The notes below the pieces were generated by a model that worked only from the letters and a program-made list of their open reading frames with translations, did no database searches and had not been told where the DNA came from. A stretch of DNA of 64,000 bases from an uncultured Actinomycetes bacterium (GTDB lineage Bacteria; Actinomycetota; Thermoleophilia; Gaiellales; JAICJC01). A program made the translations under genes and the position numbers. Of the stretch, positions 9,570-18,551 are shown in pieces. The stretch covers positions 66,023 through 130,022 of the forward strand of contig CAWEYE010000003.1 of the NCBI GenBank assembly GCA_963813245.1, read 5' to 3'. Every line of letters begins with the position of its first letter. Within the stretch, counting starts at the first letter, position 1.

Positions 9570-10670
9570 GTGCGCGACCCTCGACTGACAACGCTGGCGG
9601 ATCTGCTGTGCCGCTACTCGCTCGACGTCGGTGAGGGCGACACCGTCCTGATCGACGGCCCGCCTCTCGCCCAGCCCCTGTTCGTCGAACTGGTGCGCAA
9701 GGTGACCGAGCTCGGCGCCCACCCGATGGTGCGCCCGCGCCTGGAGCGCGTCCAGGCCGCGTTCCTGGCCGAGGCGGGCGAGGAGCAGCTGCGCGCCGTG
9801 ACCCGGCTGGACGAGATCGAGATCGAGGCGCCCACGCGGGCGCTGAGCATCTGGGGCCAGCGCAACAACCGCTTCGCGAGCGGCATCGACCCCAACCGCC
9901 AGGCGATCCGCTCGGCCGCGACGCGACCGCTCTTCGAGCGCTTCTTCGAGCGCGAGGCGCAGGGCGACGTGCGCTGGTGCGGCACCGCGTTCCCCTGCGA
10001 CGCCGCCGCTCAGGACGCCGGCATGTCGCTGACCGAGTGGGAGGACTTCGTCTACTCGGCCGGCCACCTGCTCGACCCGAATCCCATCGCCTTCTGGGAG
10101 GCGCAGTCGGCCCGCCAGGCGCAGATCGCCGAGCGGCTCCAGCAGGTGCGCGAGCTGCGCATCCTGGGCGAGGATACCGACCTCACGATCGACGTCTCCG
10201 GGCGCCTGTGGATGAACGCAGACGGCCATCAGAATTTCCCCGACGGCGAGGTGTTCACGAGCCCGGTCGAGGTGGCCACGCACGGCCACATCGCCTTCAG
10301 CCTGGACGCGCCCTACCACGGCAACGACGTCGCCGGCGTGCGCCTGTGGTTCGAGGACGGCAAGGTCGTGCGCGAGGAGGCGACGAAGGGCGAGCGCTAC
10401 CTGAGCCAGATGCTCGACATGGACGAGGGCGCCCGCTATCTGGGCGAGGTCGCCTTCGGCATGAACGACGAGATCCAGTCGGGCACGCGCGACACGCTCT
10501 TCGACGAGAAGATCGGCGGCACGTGCCACGTGGCGCTCGGCATGGCGTTCCCCGAGGCCGGCGGCCGCAACCTCTCGGGCCTGCACTGGGACATGGTCTG
10601 CGACCTGCGCTCGGGCGGCGAGGTGCACGCCGACGGCGCCGTGATCTACCGCGACGGGCGGTTTCTGTGA
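9570..10670 (+). CDS. Aminopeptidase, M29 family (AmpS/AmpT-like), copy 1
   Basis: NFPDGEVFTSP, LGEVAFG, LFDEKIGGTCHVALG, SGLHWDMV. Confidence 0.92.
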   Translation: MRDPRLTTLADLLCRYSLDVGEGDTVLIDGPPLAQPLFVELVRKVTELGAHPMVRPRLERVQAAFLAEAGEEQLRAVTRLDEIEIEAPTRALSIWGQRNNRFASGIDPNRQAIRSAATRPLFERFFEREAQGDVRWCGTAFPCDAAAQDAGMSLTEWEDFVYSAGHLLDPNPIAFWEAQSARQAQIAERLQQVRELRILGEDTDLTIDVSGRLWMNADGHQNFPDGEVFTSPVEVATHGHIAFSLDAPYHGNDVAGVRLWFEDGKVVREEATKGERYLSQMLDMDEGARYLGEVAFGMNDEIQSGTRDTLFDEKIGGTCHVALGMAFPEAGGRNLSGLHWDMVCDLRSGGEVHADGAVIYRDGRFL

Positions 10671-11806
10671 GCGACCCACGCGTCGAGCGGCTGGCCGACG
10701 TCGTCGTGAACTACTCGACCGAGCTCGGCGAGGGCGACCTGGTGCTGATCCAGGGGCCCGAGATCGCCGAGCCGCTGATCGTCGAGATCGCGCGCGCGGC
10801 CCTCGCCGCCGGCGCGATCCCGCACGTGCGCGCATCGGTGCAGGGGGTCGACGAGGCCTACCTGGCCGCCGCGGGCGACGCCCAGCTCGACCATCTGCCC
10901 GCCTACGCGCTCGAGGAGATGGACGCGATCGACGCCCGCATCTCCATCCACGCGGCCTGGAACACGCGCGAGCTCTCCGGCATCGACCCCGCCAAACTGG
11001 CCCGCCGCTCGCGCGCCGCCCAGCCGGTGATGGGGCGCTTCATGGAGCGCTCGGCCGCCGGCGACCTGCGCTGGTGCGTGACGGCCTACCCGTGCGACGC
11101 GTTCGCGCAGGACGCCGACATGTCGCTCGACGCGTATGCCGATTTCATCTACCGCGCGGGCTGGCTGCACCTGGACGACCCGGCGGCCGCGTGGCGCACC
11201 TACGCCGGCCGGCTGCGCGCCGTGGCCGACCTCATCTCCGAGGCGCGCACGCTGCGGGTCGTGGCCGAGGACACCGACCTGCAGGTCGGGGTGGCCGGCC
11301 GCACCTGGATCGCCTCGCGCGGGGAGCGCAACTTCCCCGACGGCGAGATCTTCACCGGGCCGATCGAGACCGAGACCACGGGCGACGTGCGCTTCTCGTT
11401 CCCGGCCGTCATGGGCGGGCGCGAGGTGCAGGACGTGCGCCTGCGCTTCGAGGGCGGGCGCGTGGTCAAGGCGGAGGCGGCCGTCGGCGGCGCCTACCTC
11501 GACCAGATGCTCGCGATGGACCCCGGCGCGACGGTGCTCGGCGAGTTCGCGATCGGCACGAACTACGAGGTCACGCAGTTCACGAAGCAGATCCTGTTCG
11601 ACGAGAAGATCGGCGGCACGTGCCACATGGCGCTCGGCGCGGGCTATCCCGACACGGGCAGCGTCAACCGCTCGGGCCTGCACTGGGACATGGTGTGCGA
11701 CCTGCGCTCCGGCGGCGAGATCCACGCCGACGGCGAGGTGATCTACCGCGACGGTGCGTTCCTGCCCTCGTTCTTCGCGGACGATCTCGCCGTGCCCGCG
11801 GCCTAG
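10667..11806 (+). CDS. Aminopeptidase, M29 family, copy 2
   Basis: NFPDGEIFTGP, LGEFAIG, LFDEKIGGTCHMALG, SGLHWDMV; GTGA overlap with copy 1. Confidence 0.92.
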   Translation: MSDPRVERLADVVVNYSTELGEGDLVLIQGPEIAEPLIVEIARAALAAGAIPHVRASVQGVDEAYLAAAGDAQLDHLPAYALEEMDAIDARISIHAAWNTRELSGIDPAKLARRSRAAQPVMGRFMERSAAGDLRWCVTAYPCDAFAQDADMSLDAYADFIYRAGWLHLDDPAAAWRTYAGRLRAVADLISEARTLRVVAEDTDLQVGVAGRTWIASRGERNFPDGEIFTGPIETETTGDVRFSFPAVMGGREVQDVRLRFEGGRVVKAEAAVGGAYLDQMLAMDPGATVLGEFAIGTNYEVTQFTKQILFDEKIGGTCHMALGAGYPDTGSVNRSGLHWDMVCDLRSGGEIHADGEVIYRDGAFLPSFFADDLAVPAA

Positions 11807-11869
11807 GAGCTGGATTCAATACTCCGTGAAGCGAGCCCGGTCAGCCGGGGAACGTATAGTGCGTACGCC

Positions 11870-12247
11870 GTGACGCGGTTCGTCGTTGACTGCGAGACGC
11901 TCCTCCGGATCGCTGCTGGGGAGATCGTCGCGCCGACGCTCGTCCGCTCCCAGGCGCTGGCCGCGCTATACCAGGCGGCACGGCGGGGTGAGATCTCCGC
12001 CGCGGAAGGGCGCGAGCGCCTGAAGCGGATCAACTCGCTGAAGGTCCGCTTCCTCGGCGACAAGGTGCTGCAATCGCAGGCGTGGAAGGTTGCGGATCAG
12101 CTCGGGTGGGCGACGACATACGACGCCGAGTATGTGGCGCTGACGCAACTGCAGGCGGACGCATTCGTCACCTCCGACGGGAAGCTTGCACGCGCGGTTT
12201 CGGGGCTCGTCGAGACGACGACGAGCGACTCGCTGAGCCCGCCTTGA
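11870..12247 (+). CDS. PIN-domain (VapC-like) protein
   Basis: FVVDC N-terminal Asp, TYDAEYVAL, FVTSD; TATAGT -10 at 11855-11860. Confidence 0.8.
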   Translation: MTRFVVDCETLLRIAAGEIVAPTLVRSQALAALYQAARRGEISAAEGRERLKRINSLKVRFLGDKVLQSQAWKVADQLGWATTYDAEYVALTQLQADAFVTSDGKLARAVSGLVETTTSDSLSPP

Positions 12248-12296
12248 CGCTCGGATCGGCTGCGCTGCCCAAGTGCGTTCGCACCCGTGTATCCCT

Positions 12297-13148
12297 CTAG
12301 CTACTTCTGAAACCAGTTCTAGGCGCAGCCCGCCTTCGGATCAAAAAGCCCATCGTCGCGACGTGGCGCATGAACGGCAGGTCGTGCACGCGCAGCACGG
12401 CCACGCCGAGGTAGGCCGCCACCGCGACGACGGCGGCGGTGCCCTCGAGCGCCGACTCGGGCAGGCCCAGCGGATCGGCGGTGACCTCCTTGTGGGAGGG
12501 CGCGAGCAGGAGCGGATAGCCCAGGGCGGCCAGCCGGGGCAGCTCCCGCAGCGTCTCGAGATCCGTCGCGGTGTCCTTGCCGAAGCCGAGCCCGGGGTCG
12601 ACCAGGATCGCGTCAGCGCCAACGCCCGCCGCCCGGGCGGCCGCGGCGCGCTCGCCCAGGAAGTCCGCGATCTCGGCGACGCCGACGGCGTGGCGGCCGG
12701 TCCGCTCCTGCTTCGGCGCGAGGCCGAGGTGGGTGACGACGAGCCCGGCCCCGTGGCGGGCGATCGTGGCCGCCATCGCCGGATCGGTGAGGCCGGTGTG
12801 GTCGTTCACCAGATCGGCCCCGGCCGCGAGGGCCGCGGCGGCGACCCCGGCGCGGTAGGTGTCGATCGAGATCGGGATGTCGATCGCGGCTCGCAGAGCA
12901 CGGATGACCGGCTCGACCCGGGCGATCTCCTCGTCCTCGGAGAGGACGCGGCCGGGCTGGGCGGTCATGCCGCCGACGTCCACGATGCCCGCGCCCGCCG
13001 CCGCCAGCTCGAGGCCGCGGGCGATCGCGCGGTCGGCCGTCGCCGTCATGCCCCGGTCGTAGAACGAGTCGGGCGTGACGTTCAGGATGCCCATCATGCA
13101 GGGCGGGCCGTCCAGGGCGAGGCTGCGGTGGGCGAGGCGGAGGTTCAA
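12297..13148 (-). CDS. folP: Dihydropteroate synthase
   Basis: MGILNVTPDSFYD, DVGG, SIDTYR, VDPGLGFGK, SHK, LRVHD. Confidence 0.92.
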   Translation of the reverse strand: MNLRLAHRSLALDGPPCMMGILNVTPDSFYDRGMTATADRAIARGLELAAAGAGIVDVGGMTAQPGRVLSEDEEIARVEPVIRALRAAIDIPISIDTYRAGVAAAALAAGADLVNDHTGLTDPAMAATIARHGAGLVVTHLGLAPKQERTGRHAVGVAEIADFLGERAAAARAAGVGADAILVDPGLGFGKDTATDLETLRELPRLAALGYPLLLAPSHKEVTADPLGLPESALEGTAAVVAVAAYLGVAVLRVHDLPFMRHVATMGFLIRRRAAPRTGFRSS

Positions 13149-14212
13149 CTGCCGTCCGGGAAGCCGCCGCGGTGGAGCATGAGCGGATGGTGGGGGAGGG
13201 CGGCGCGGGGGTCGGCGAGCAGGCGCGCGGTCGCGGTCGCCTGGGGTGTGCGGCCGCCCCAGCAGCAGGACGGCGGCTCGAGGCCCTGCGCAAAGGCCGG
13301 CGCGGCGAGGATGGTGTCAAGCGCATCGGCGAGCGCGGCGAGCGCTGGCGCTCCGAGCCGATCGCGCCAGCGCTCCTGCACGGACGCCAGGCGGCGGGCG
13401 TGGGCGGCCTGCGCCGCGAGCCCCCTCGCCGTCAGGCGGACGACCTTGCCGCGGCCCGCCTGCGGGTCGGGCGCGACGGCCGCCAGGCCCGCGCGCTCGA
13501 GAAACCCGACGACCATCGCCATCGCCTCCTTCGAGCCGCCGGTCATGGCCGGCAGGTCGCGGACGCGGACAGGCTCCTCACCGAGCACGCGCAGGCCGTC
13601 CGCACCCATGGGCAGCGACAGCGGCGCCCCGGCCTCGAATTCGAGCGTGAAGCGAAGCAGCGTCCGGGCCAGGAGCACCGATAGGTCGTGACCGCCCGGG
13701 GGATCGGCGCGCGCCTGATCGGGCGCGGGCACGACCTCCGAGCCGAGGCCGTAGCCGACGATGGGGAGGTGGAGGGGCAGCTCCGGGCCGGGATCGCGCA
13801 GGGCGTGCTCCAGCGCGTCCCGCAACCGGGCGACGTCGTGCTCGCCGAAGCGCTCCCGCCAGCGGCCCTCGATCTCACCGGCGAGCGGCTCCCACACGGC
13901 CCGCGCCCGCTGCCCGCCGGCGGTCAGGCGCACCACGTGATCCGGCCCGACGGTGACATAGCGCCAGCGCCGAAACGCCCCCAGCCGCGACCGGATCACC
14001 CGCTCCGGCACGAGCGCCCGCCACCGCAACTCATGCGCCGGCAGGCCATCGTCGCCGATGAACCGCAGGTAGTTCGCCCACGTGGCCTGCGAGACCATCC
14101 ACGGGCGCCGGCCCGGCGCCGCGCTCCGTGCCTCCGCGGCGTTGTCGAACTCGATCGTGAAGGCGACCAGGGCCTGCGAGAGCAGGGTCGGGAGAGGCAC
14201 GTCCGGGGGCAT
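13145..14212 (-). CDS. Hypothetical protein with two MarR/winged-helix-like repeats
   Basis: Two similar halves (LLSQALVAFTIEFD...VVRLTAGGQRA / LLARTLLRFTLEFE...VVRLTARGLAA); TAGGGT -10 just upstream of the ATG. Confidence 0.65.
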   Translation of the reverse strand: MPPDVPLPTLLSQALVAFTIEFDNAAEARSAAPGRRPWMVSQATWANYLRFIGDDGLPAHELRWRALVPERVIRSRLGAFRRWRYVTVGPDHVVRLTAGGQRARAVWEPLAGEIEGRWRERFGEHDVARLRDALEHALRDPGPELPLHLPIVGYGLGSEVVPAPDQARADPPGGHDLSVLLARTLLRFTLEFEAGAPLSLPMGADGLRVLGEEPVRVRDLPAMTGGSKEAMAMVVGFLERAGLAAVAPDPQAGRGKVVRLTARGLAAQAAHARRLASVQERWRDRLGAPALAALADALDTILAAPAFAQGLEPPSCCWGGRTPQATATARLLADPRAALPHHPLMLHRGGFPDGS

Positions 14213-14269
14213 CCCCGCCACCCTAACCGCCGCACGCGGTGCGGGCTCGCAGCCCACAACACGACCGTC

Positions 14270-14315
14270 TTGACAACCGAACACCTGTTCGCTATCCTCA
14301 CCGAACACATGTTCG
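14270..14315 (+). promoter_or_regulatory. Sigma-A promoter with two LexA (SOS) boxes
   Basis: TTGACA (14270-75), 17 nt, TATCCT (14293-98); CGAACACCTGTTCG (14278-91) and CGAACACATGTTCG (14302-15) match the Gram-positive CGAAC-N4-GTTCG box. Confidence 0.9.
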
Positions 14316-14578
14316 CCACCATCGATATCCGCCGTCTGCTCTCGCTTCTCGCCGCATGCGCTGTCGCCCTCGCGCTCGTGATGAGCTACGCGGCTCCGAG
14401 CAGCAGCGGCGCATCCCATCCGCATCGCCACGGCGTGCGCGCGGGGGAGACGCTGTGGTCGATCGCCGAGCATGCCTACCCGACCTCCGATCCCCGCGAC
14501 GCGGTCTACCGCATCGAGCAGGCGAACGACATCCACGACTCCGTCATCTCCGTCGGCCAGGTGCTGGTGCTGCCGTGA
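14309..14578 (+). CDS. LysM-domain SOS cell-division inhibitor (YneA/ChiZ-like)
   Basis: N-terminal TM helix plus VRAGETLWSIAE...IEQANDI...ISVGQVLVLP LysM domain; LexA boxes upstream. Confidence 0.85.
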   Translation: MFATIDIRRLLSLLAACAVALALVMSYAAPSSSGASHPHRHGVRAGETLWSIAEHAYPTSDPRDAVYRIEQANDIHDSVISVGQVLVLP

Positions 14579-14838
14579 GCGCCGCCCGCCGCATCGCGCT
14601 CGCCCCGGCGCCGAGTGCGCCGGTCGTGTCGCTGGACGAGTGGCGCGAGGCCCGCCGCCCGCCCGTCGAGGTAGAGGCTCCGGAGCCCGCGCCGCTGCGC
14701 CTGCTGCGGCTCGTGGTCGACGGCGAGGCACCGCCGCCGTTCTCGCTCGACACCTTCCTGCGCCGAGCACGCGCGGTGATGGGCGAGGCCCACGAGCAGC
14801 CGCCGATGCACTCGTATCGCGACGCCGAGCCGGCGTAG
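14575..14838 (+). CDS. Hypothetical protein co-transcribed with the LysM gene
   Basis: GTGA overlap; VVSLDEWREARR motif. Confidence 0.6.
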   Translation: MSAARRIALAPAPSAPVVSLDEWREARRPPVEVEAPEPAPLRLLRLVVDGEAPPPFSLDTFLRRARAVMGEAHEQPPMHSYRDAEPA

Positions 14839-14840
14839 CG

Positions 14841-15422
14841 TCAGGGTGGCGCAGAGCCGGTCCACTCGAACAGCCGAGCGAAGATCTCGGCCTGCTCGAC
14901 GGCATCATCCCGGGCGTTGTGCGTGTGCGCGCGGGACGACCGCAGCTCCGCAGGCAGATCGTTCCTGCCGGCCAGCTCGAGCGGGACGCGTGCCTTCTGC
15001 TGGTACATCGTCTTCATGTCGAGCGCCCCGGAGAAGCCGAATGGCGACGCGCCGAGGAAGCGCACGAAGTACCAGTGCAGAAACATCCAGTCGAAGACCA
15101 CGGGATAGCCGACCAGCACCGGGCGTGCCCCCTGGGCCTGATCGCGTACCCATTGGGCGGCCTCGGCCATCGCCGCCTCCGGGTCGGCCCCGTCGGTCGC
15201 AAGCCGCGCGCGGTCAAGGCCCGAGACGCGTACGGCGTCCGGGTTGAACTCGTCGGTGATCGGCCGCAGCTCGCGGTAGAACGTGGCGGCACTCGGGTCA
15301 CACGCGACGAACTCGCGCCCGTCGAAGCGGGCGGCCACGGCCATACCGAACGACAGCATCGAGTACCGGCCGGGAATGGGCCCGTCGGACTCGATGTCGG
15401 CAGAGATGTAGACGTCGGACAT
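14841..15422 (-). CDS. DEDDh 3'-5' exonuclease / exoribonuclease
   Basis: SADIESDGP, FDWMFL, LDMKT, HNARDDA. Confidence 0.85.
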   Translation of the reverse strand: MSDVYISADIESDGPIPGRYSMLSFGMAVAARFDGREFVACDPSAATFYRELRPITDEFNPDAVRVSGLDRARLATDGADPEAAMAEAAQWVRDQAQGARPVLVGYPVVFDWMFLHWYFVRFLGASPFGFSGALDMKTMYQQKARVPLELAGRNDLPAELRSSRAHTHNARDDAVEQAEIFARLFEWTGSAPP

Positions 15423-15486
15423 ACGGTCGCTCGGTGACCAACCTACCCGACCGACGCCGCCGCAGCCCCCTCCATACAATCTGGCG

Positions 15487-16476
15487 ATGGACCTGAGCGT
15501 GCTCTTCCTGGGGACGGCCGCGTCGGCCCCGACCTCGCGGCGGGGGCTCGCGGCCTACCTGATCCGGCGTGGCGGCGACCGCATCCTGATCGACTGCGGC
15601 GAGGGCACCCAGCGCCAGCTGCTGCGCTCCGGAGCGGGGCTCGTCGACGTCGACGAGATCCTGCTGACCCACTGCCACGCCGACCACTTCCTCGGCCTGC
15701 CCGGGCTCCTGAAGACGTACGGGCTGCGGGCCCGCGAGGCGCCGCTGCGCCTGTACGGCCCTGCCGGGCTGCGCGCGCTCATGACCACGATGGACCCGGT
15801 GATCGGGCGGCTGCCGTACCCGTTAGAGCTGATCGAGCTGCGGCCGGGCGAGGCGCTCGACCACGACGGCTACCGCATCTCGGCGATCGCGACGGATCAC
15901 GGCCCGCCGAGCCTCGGTTACGCGGTCGCCGAGGACGAGCGGCCCGGCCGCTTCGACCTCGACGCCGCCCGCCGGCTGGGCGTGCCCGAGGGCCCCATGT
16001 TCGGGTTGCTGCAGCACGGCCAGGCGGTGACGCTCGACTCCGGCGAGACGGTTGCGCCGCAGGACGTCGTCGGCGCCGCGCGGCCGGGGCGCACCGTCGT
16101 GTTCTCGGGCGACACCCGGCCGTGCCGGGCGCTGTTCGATGCCGCGGTCGGCGCCGACGTGCTGGTGCACGAGGCGACGTTCCTCGAGGAGGAGCGAGAC
16201 CGCGCCGCCGAGACCGGGCATACGACGGCGATGCAGGCCGCGCGGCTCGCCCGCGACGCCGGCGTGCACCTGCTCGCCCTGACCCACCTGTCCACCCGCT
16301 ACCTCGGGCGCGAGATCGCGGCTGAGGCGGTGGCGGAGTTCCCCGACACGGTCGTCCCGCGCGACTTCGACACGGTGGATCTGCCGCTGCCCGAGCGCGA
16401 CCGCCCGCACCTGCTGCGCGGCGGCGAGCGCGTCCCGGCGACCCCGGCCGCGCCGGCGTCGGCGCCGGCCGGGTGA
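15487..16476 (+). CDS. rnz: Ribonuclease Z
   Basis: LGTAASAP, DCGEGTQRQ, THCHADHFLG, exosite (GVPEGP), FSGDT, HEATF, THLSTRY. Confidence 0.93.
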   Translation: MDLSVLFLGTAASAPTSRRGLAAYLIRRGGDRILIDCGEGTQRQLLRSGAGLVDVDEILLTHCHADHFLGLPGLLKTYGLRAREAPLRLYGPAGLRALMTTMDPVIGRLPYPLELIELRPGEALDHDGYRISAIATDHGPPSLGYAVAEDERPGRFDLDAARRLGVPEGPMFGLLQHGQAVTLDSGETVAPQDVVGAARPGRTVVFSGDTRPCRALFDAAVGADVLVHEATFLEEERDRAAETGHTTAMQAARLARDAGVHLLALTHLSTRYLGREIAAEAVAEFPDTVVPRDFDTVDLPLPERDRPHLLRGGERVPATPAAPASAPAG

Positions 16477-17243
16477 CCTTGGACTTCGACCCGCTCGCGG
16501 CCAACTACGACCGCCTGCGCCCGGCGGGGGAGGCGTGGTCGGAGCTGGCGGAGCACACGCTCGCGGGCATGCGCGGCTGCCGCCGGCTGCTCGACGTCGG
16601 CTGCGGTACGGGCCGCTTCGCCGTGCTCGCCCACGAGCGGCTCGGCGGCAAGGTGTGGGGCGTCGACCCATCGGCCGAGATGCTGCGGCGGGCGCGCGCT
16701 CGACCCGACACCCGCGGCATCGGCTGGAAGCAAGGCGTTGCCGAGCGGCTGCCGTTCACGGACGGCTGGTTCGACGCGGCCCACATGCACCTGGTCGTCC
16801 ACGCGCTGGCCGATCGCGCGGCCGCGCTCGGCGAGATCGCCCGCGTGCTCGCGCCTGCGGGACGGCTCGCGATCGCGACCTTCGCCCCCGAGCACTTCGA
16901 CCGCTTCTTCCTCAACCCGTACTTCCCGTCGCTCGCCGGCATCGACCGGGCCCGGTTCCCCGAGCCGGGGACGCTCGCGGGCGAGATCGCGGCGGCCGGA
17001 TTCGCGGATGCCGGCGTCGAGCGGATCAGCCAGCCGATCCGGGCGGATCCCGACGACGTGCTCGAGCGCGTGCGCGGCCGCTACATCTCGACCCTCCACC
17101 TGCTGGAGCCGGCCGAGTACGCCGCCGGCCTGGCCCGGCTCGAGCGCGACGTGGCGGCGGGTCACGCGGCCTTCGCCTACTCGCTCGAGTGGGCCCTGCT
17201 CACCGCCGCCCGCCGTTATGAGCGGTCGCCGGTGACGCGGTGA
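16473..17243 (+). CDS. Class I SAM-dependent methyltransferase
   Basis: LLDVGCGTG, GVDPSAEML, AERLPF, RVLAPAG. Confidence 0.88.
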   Translation: MTLDFDPLAANYDRLRPAGEAWSELAEHTLAGMRGCRRLLDVGCGTGRFAVLAHERLGGKVWGVDPSAEMLRRARARPDTRGIGWKQGVAERLPFTDGWFDAAHMHLVVHALADRAAALGEIARVLAPAGRLAIATFAPEHFDRFFLNPYFPSLAGIDRARFPEPGTLAGEIAAAGFADAGVERISQPIRADPDDVLERVRGRYISTLHLLEPAEYAAGLARLERDVAAGHAAFAYSLEWALLTAARRYERSPVTR

Positions 17244-17822
17244 CCTGGTCGCAGGAAGCGCGCATATCGGCTTGTGTCCATGTGCAGCAGATCGCCTGGG
17301 CATGGCCACTCGTAGCTGTTGGCCGGCTCTTTGACGGTCACCGGGCGCCGTGACAGGCCGTGGCGGCGCAGCACCTTCCACACGGTCGAGTGCGCAAACC
17401 CGGTCACGGCCGCGACCAGGCGCGGCCCCCAACCGGTCTGGCGCCGACAGTCACAGATCCGCTCCTGAAGCTCGGTGGCCAAGAGCCGCGGCGAGCAGCG
17501 CGGCCTGCTCGAGCGGTCCACCAGCGCCTGCGGCAGTCGACCACCGTCCACCCACCGATGCCACCACCGATGCGCCGTGGCGGGCGACACGCTGAAGGCA
17601 GCCGCGGCCGCCTTCAACGACAGCCCCGCCTCAACCGCCTGCACCAGCGCAAGACGCCCACCCAGTCCGAGCTTCGCGTTAGCGTGCAGCAACATCCGCG
17701 CCCTCCTTTGAGCGTGAGTCCGGGAAGACCCACAGCCTCAAAGGAGGCTAGGGGGCCTGGCCCCGTCCCAGACGGGGCCAGGCCCCGCTTCTCGCCCTGC
17801 ATAACGGCGCCAGGCACCTCTA
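17216..17822 (-). mobile_element. Truncated IS481-family element (transposase N-terminus 17216..17695 plus leader)
   Basis: HANAKL...FSVSPATAHRWWHRW, DRSSRP, GWGPR, STVWKVLRRHGLSR, PGDLLHMD; stops after the first catalytic Asp; left end approximate. Confidence 0.85.
17752..17786. repeat. Perfect 16-bp inverted repeat made of two GGGGCCWGGCCCC palindromes
   Basis: GGGGCCTGGCCCCGTC-CCA-GACGGGGCCAGGCCCC. Confidence 0.85.
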
Positions 17823-18416
17823 TGCACCGAGGATCGCGCGCATGCCCTCGGCGAAGGCGGCGCCGCCGCCGTTGGCCGGGTGGCGCACATACGTCGCCCC
17901 CTCGCCGAGCACCGCCTCGGCGATCCGGCCGACCGCCACGACCGTCGCGGGCCGCACGAGCGCGATCAACCGCCGGGCGAACTCGGCCCCGGCCTCGACC
18001 TCGGCCACCGCCGGGCGCCGGTTGGACAGCGGCTCGCCCGGCCGGTGGGGGTGGGTGGGCACGGTGTTCCACAGGATCACGCGCCGCTCCGCGGCGAGCT
18101 CTCCCAGCACCCGGTGCACGATCGTCCCCGATGGCTCGCTCCAGCGGCGGGCGGCGCACGTCGGCAGGTACGGGTCGCCCCAGCGGACGAGGTCGCGCTC
18201 CGACGTGAACGCGATCCCCGACCAGCGCATGCCCTGGTAGCCGGCCGCCTCACCGAGCGCCACGATGTCGGCGCCGGCCCGCTCACCGAGATACGCGCGC
18301 AGGTTGGCCACCCGGATCGCCGCCGCGCCCGGGAGGTCGTCCGGCCCGGCATCGGCATACTGGTTGAAGGTGGCGCCGATGCGAACGCGCGCCAGGTCGG
18401 CGAGGAGCTCCTCCAC
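17820..18416 (-). CDS. Uracil-DNA glycosylase superfamily protein
   Basis: GEAAGYQG, SGIAFTSE, LWNTVPTHP, VAVGR, VRHPANGG. Confidence 0.85.
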   Translation of the reverse strand: MEELLADLARVRIGATFNQYADAGPDDLPGAAAIRVANLRAYLGERAGADIVALGEAAGYQGMRWSGIAFTSERDLVRWGDPYLPTCAARRWSEPSGTIVHRVLGELAAERRVILWNTVPTHPHRPGEPLSNRRPAVAEVEAGAEFARRLIALVRPATVVAVGRIAEAVLGEGATYVRHPANGGGAAFAEGMRAILGA

Positions 18417-18508
18417 GGCCGCAAGCTTTCCACGCGGGCGGACGCTCCGTCCGCACCAACTGGTAACGTCCCTCCCGGCGCCGTGATGCGGCGTCATGGC
18501 CGAAGGCC

Positions 18509-18545
18509 ACCTTTAAGTCCGCGCCCAGTGAGGCCGGGAAGGAGA
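18509..18545 (+). promoter_or_regulatory. PyrR-binding leader overlapping the pyrR RBS
   Basis: CCTTTAAG...CCCAGTGAGGCCGGGAAGGAG resembles the PyrR binding loop (CUUUAA...CCNGNGAGGY) and ends in the SD sequence. Confidence 0.75.
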
Positions 18546-18551
18546 ATGTGC

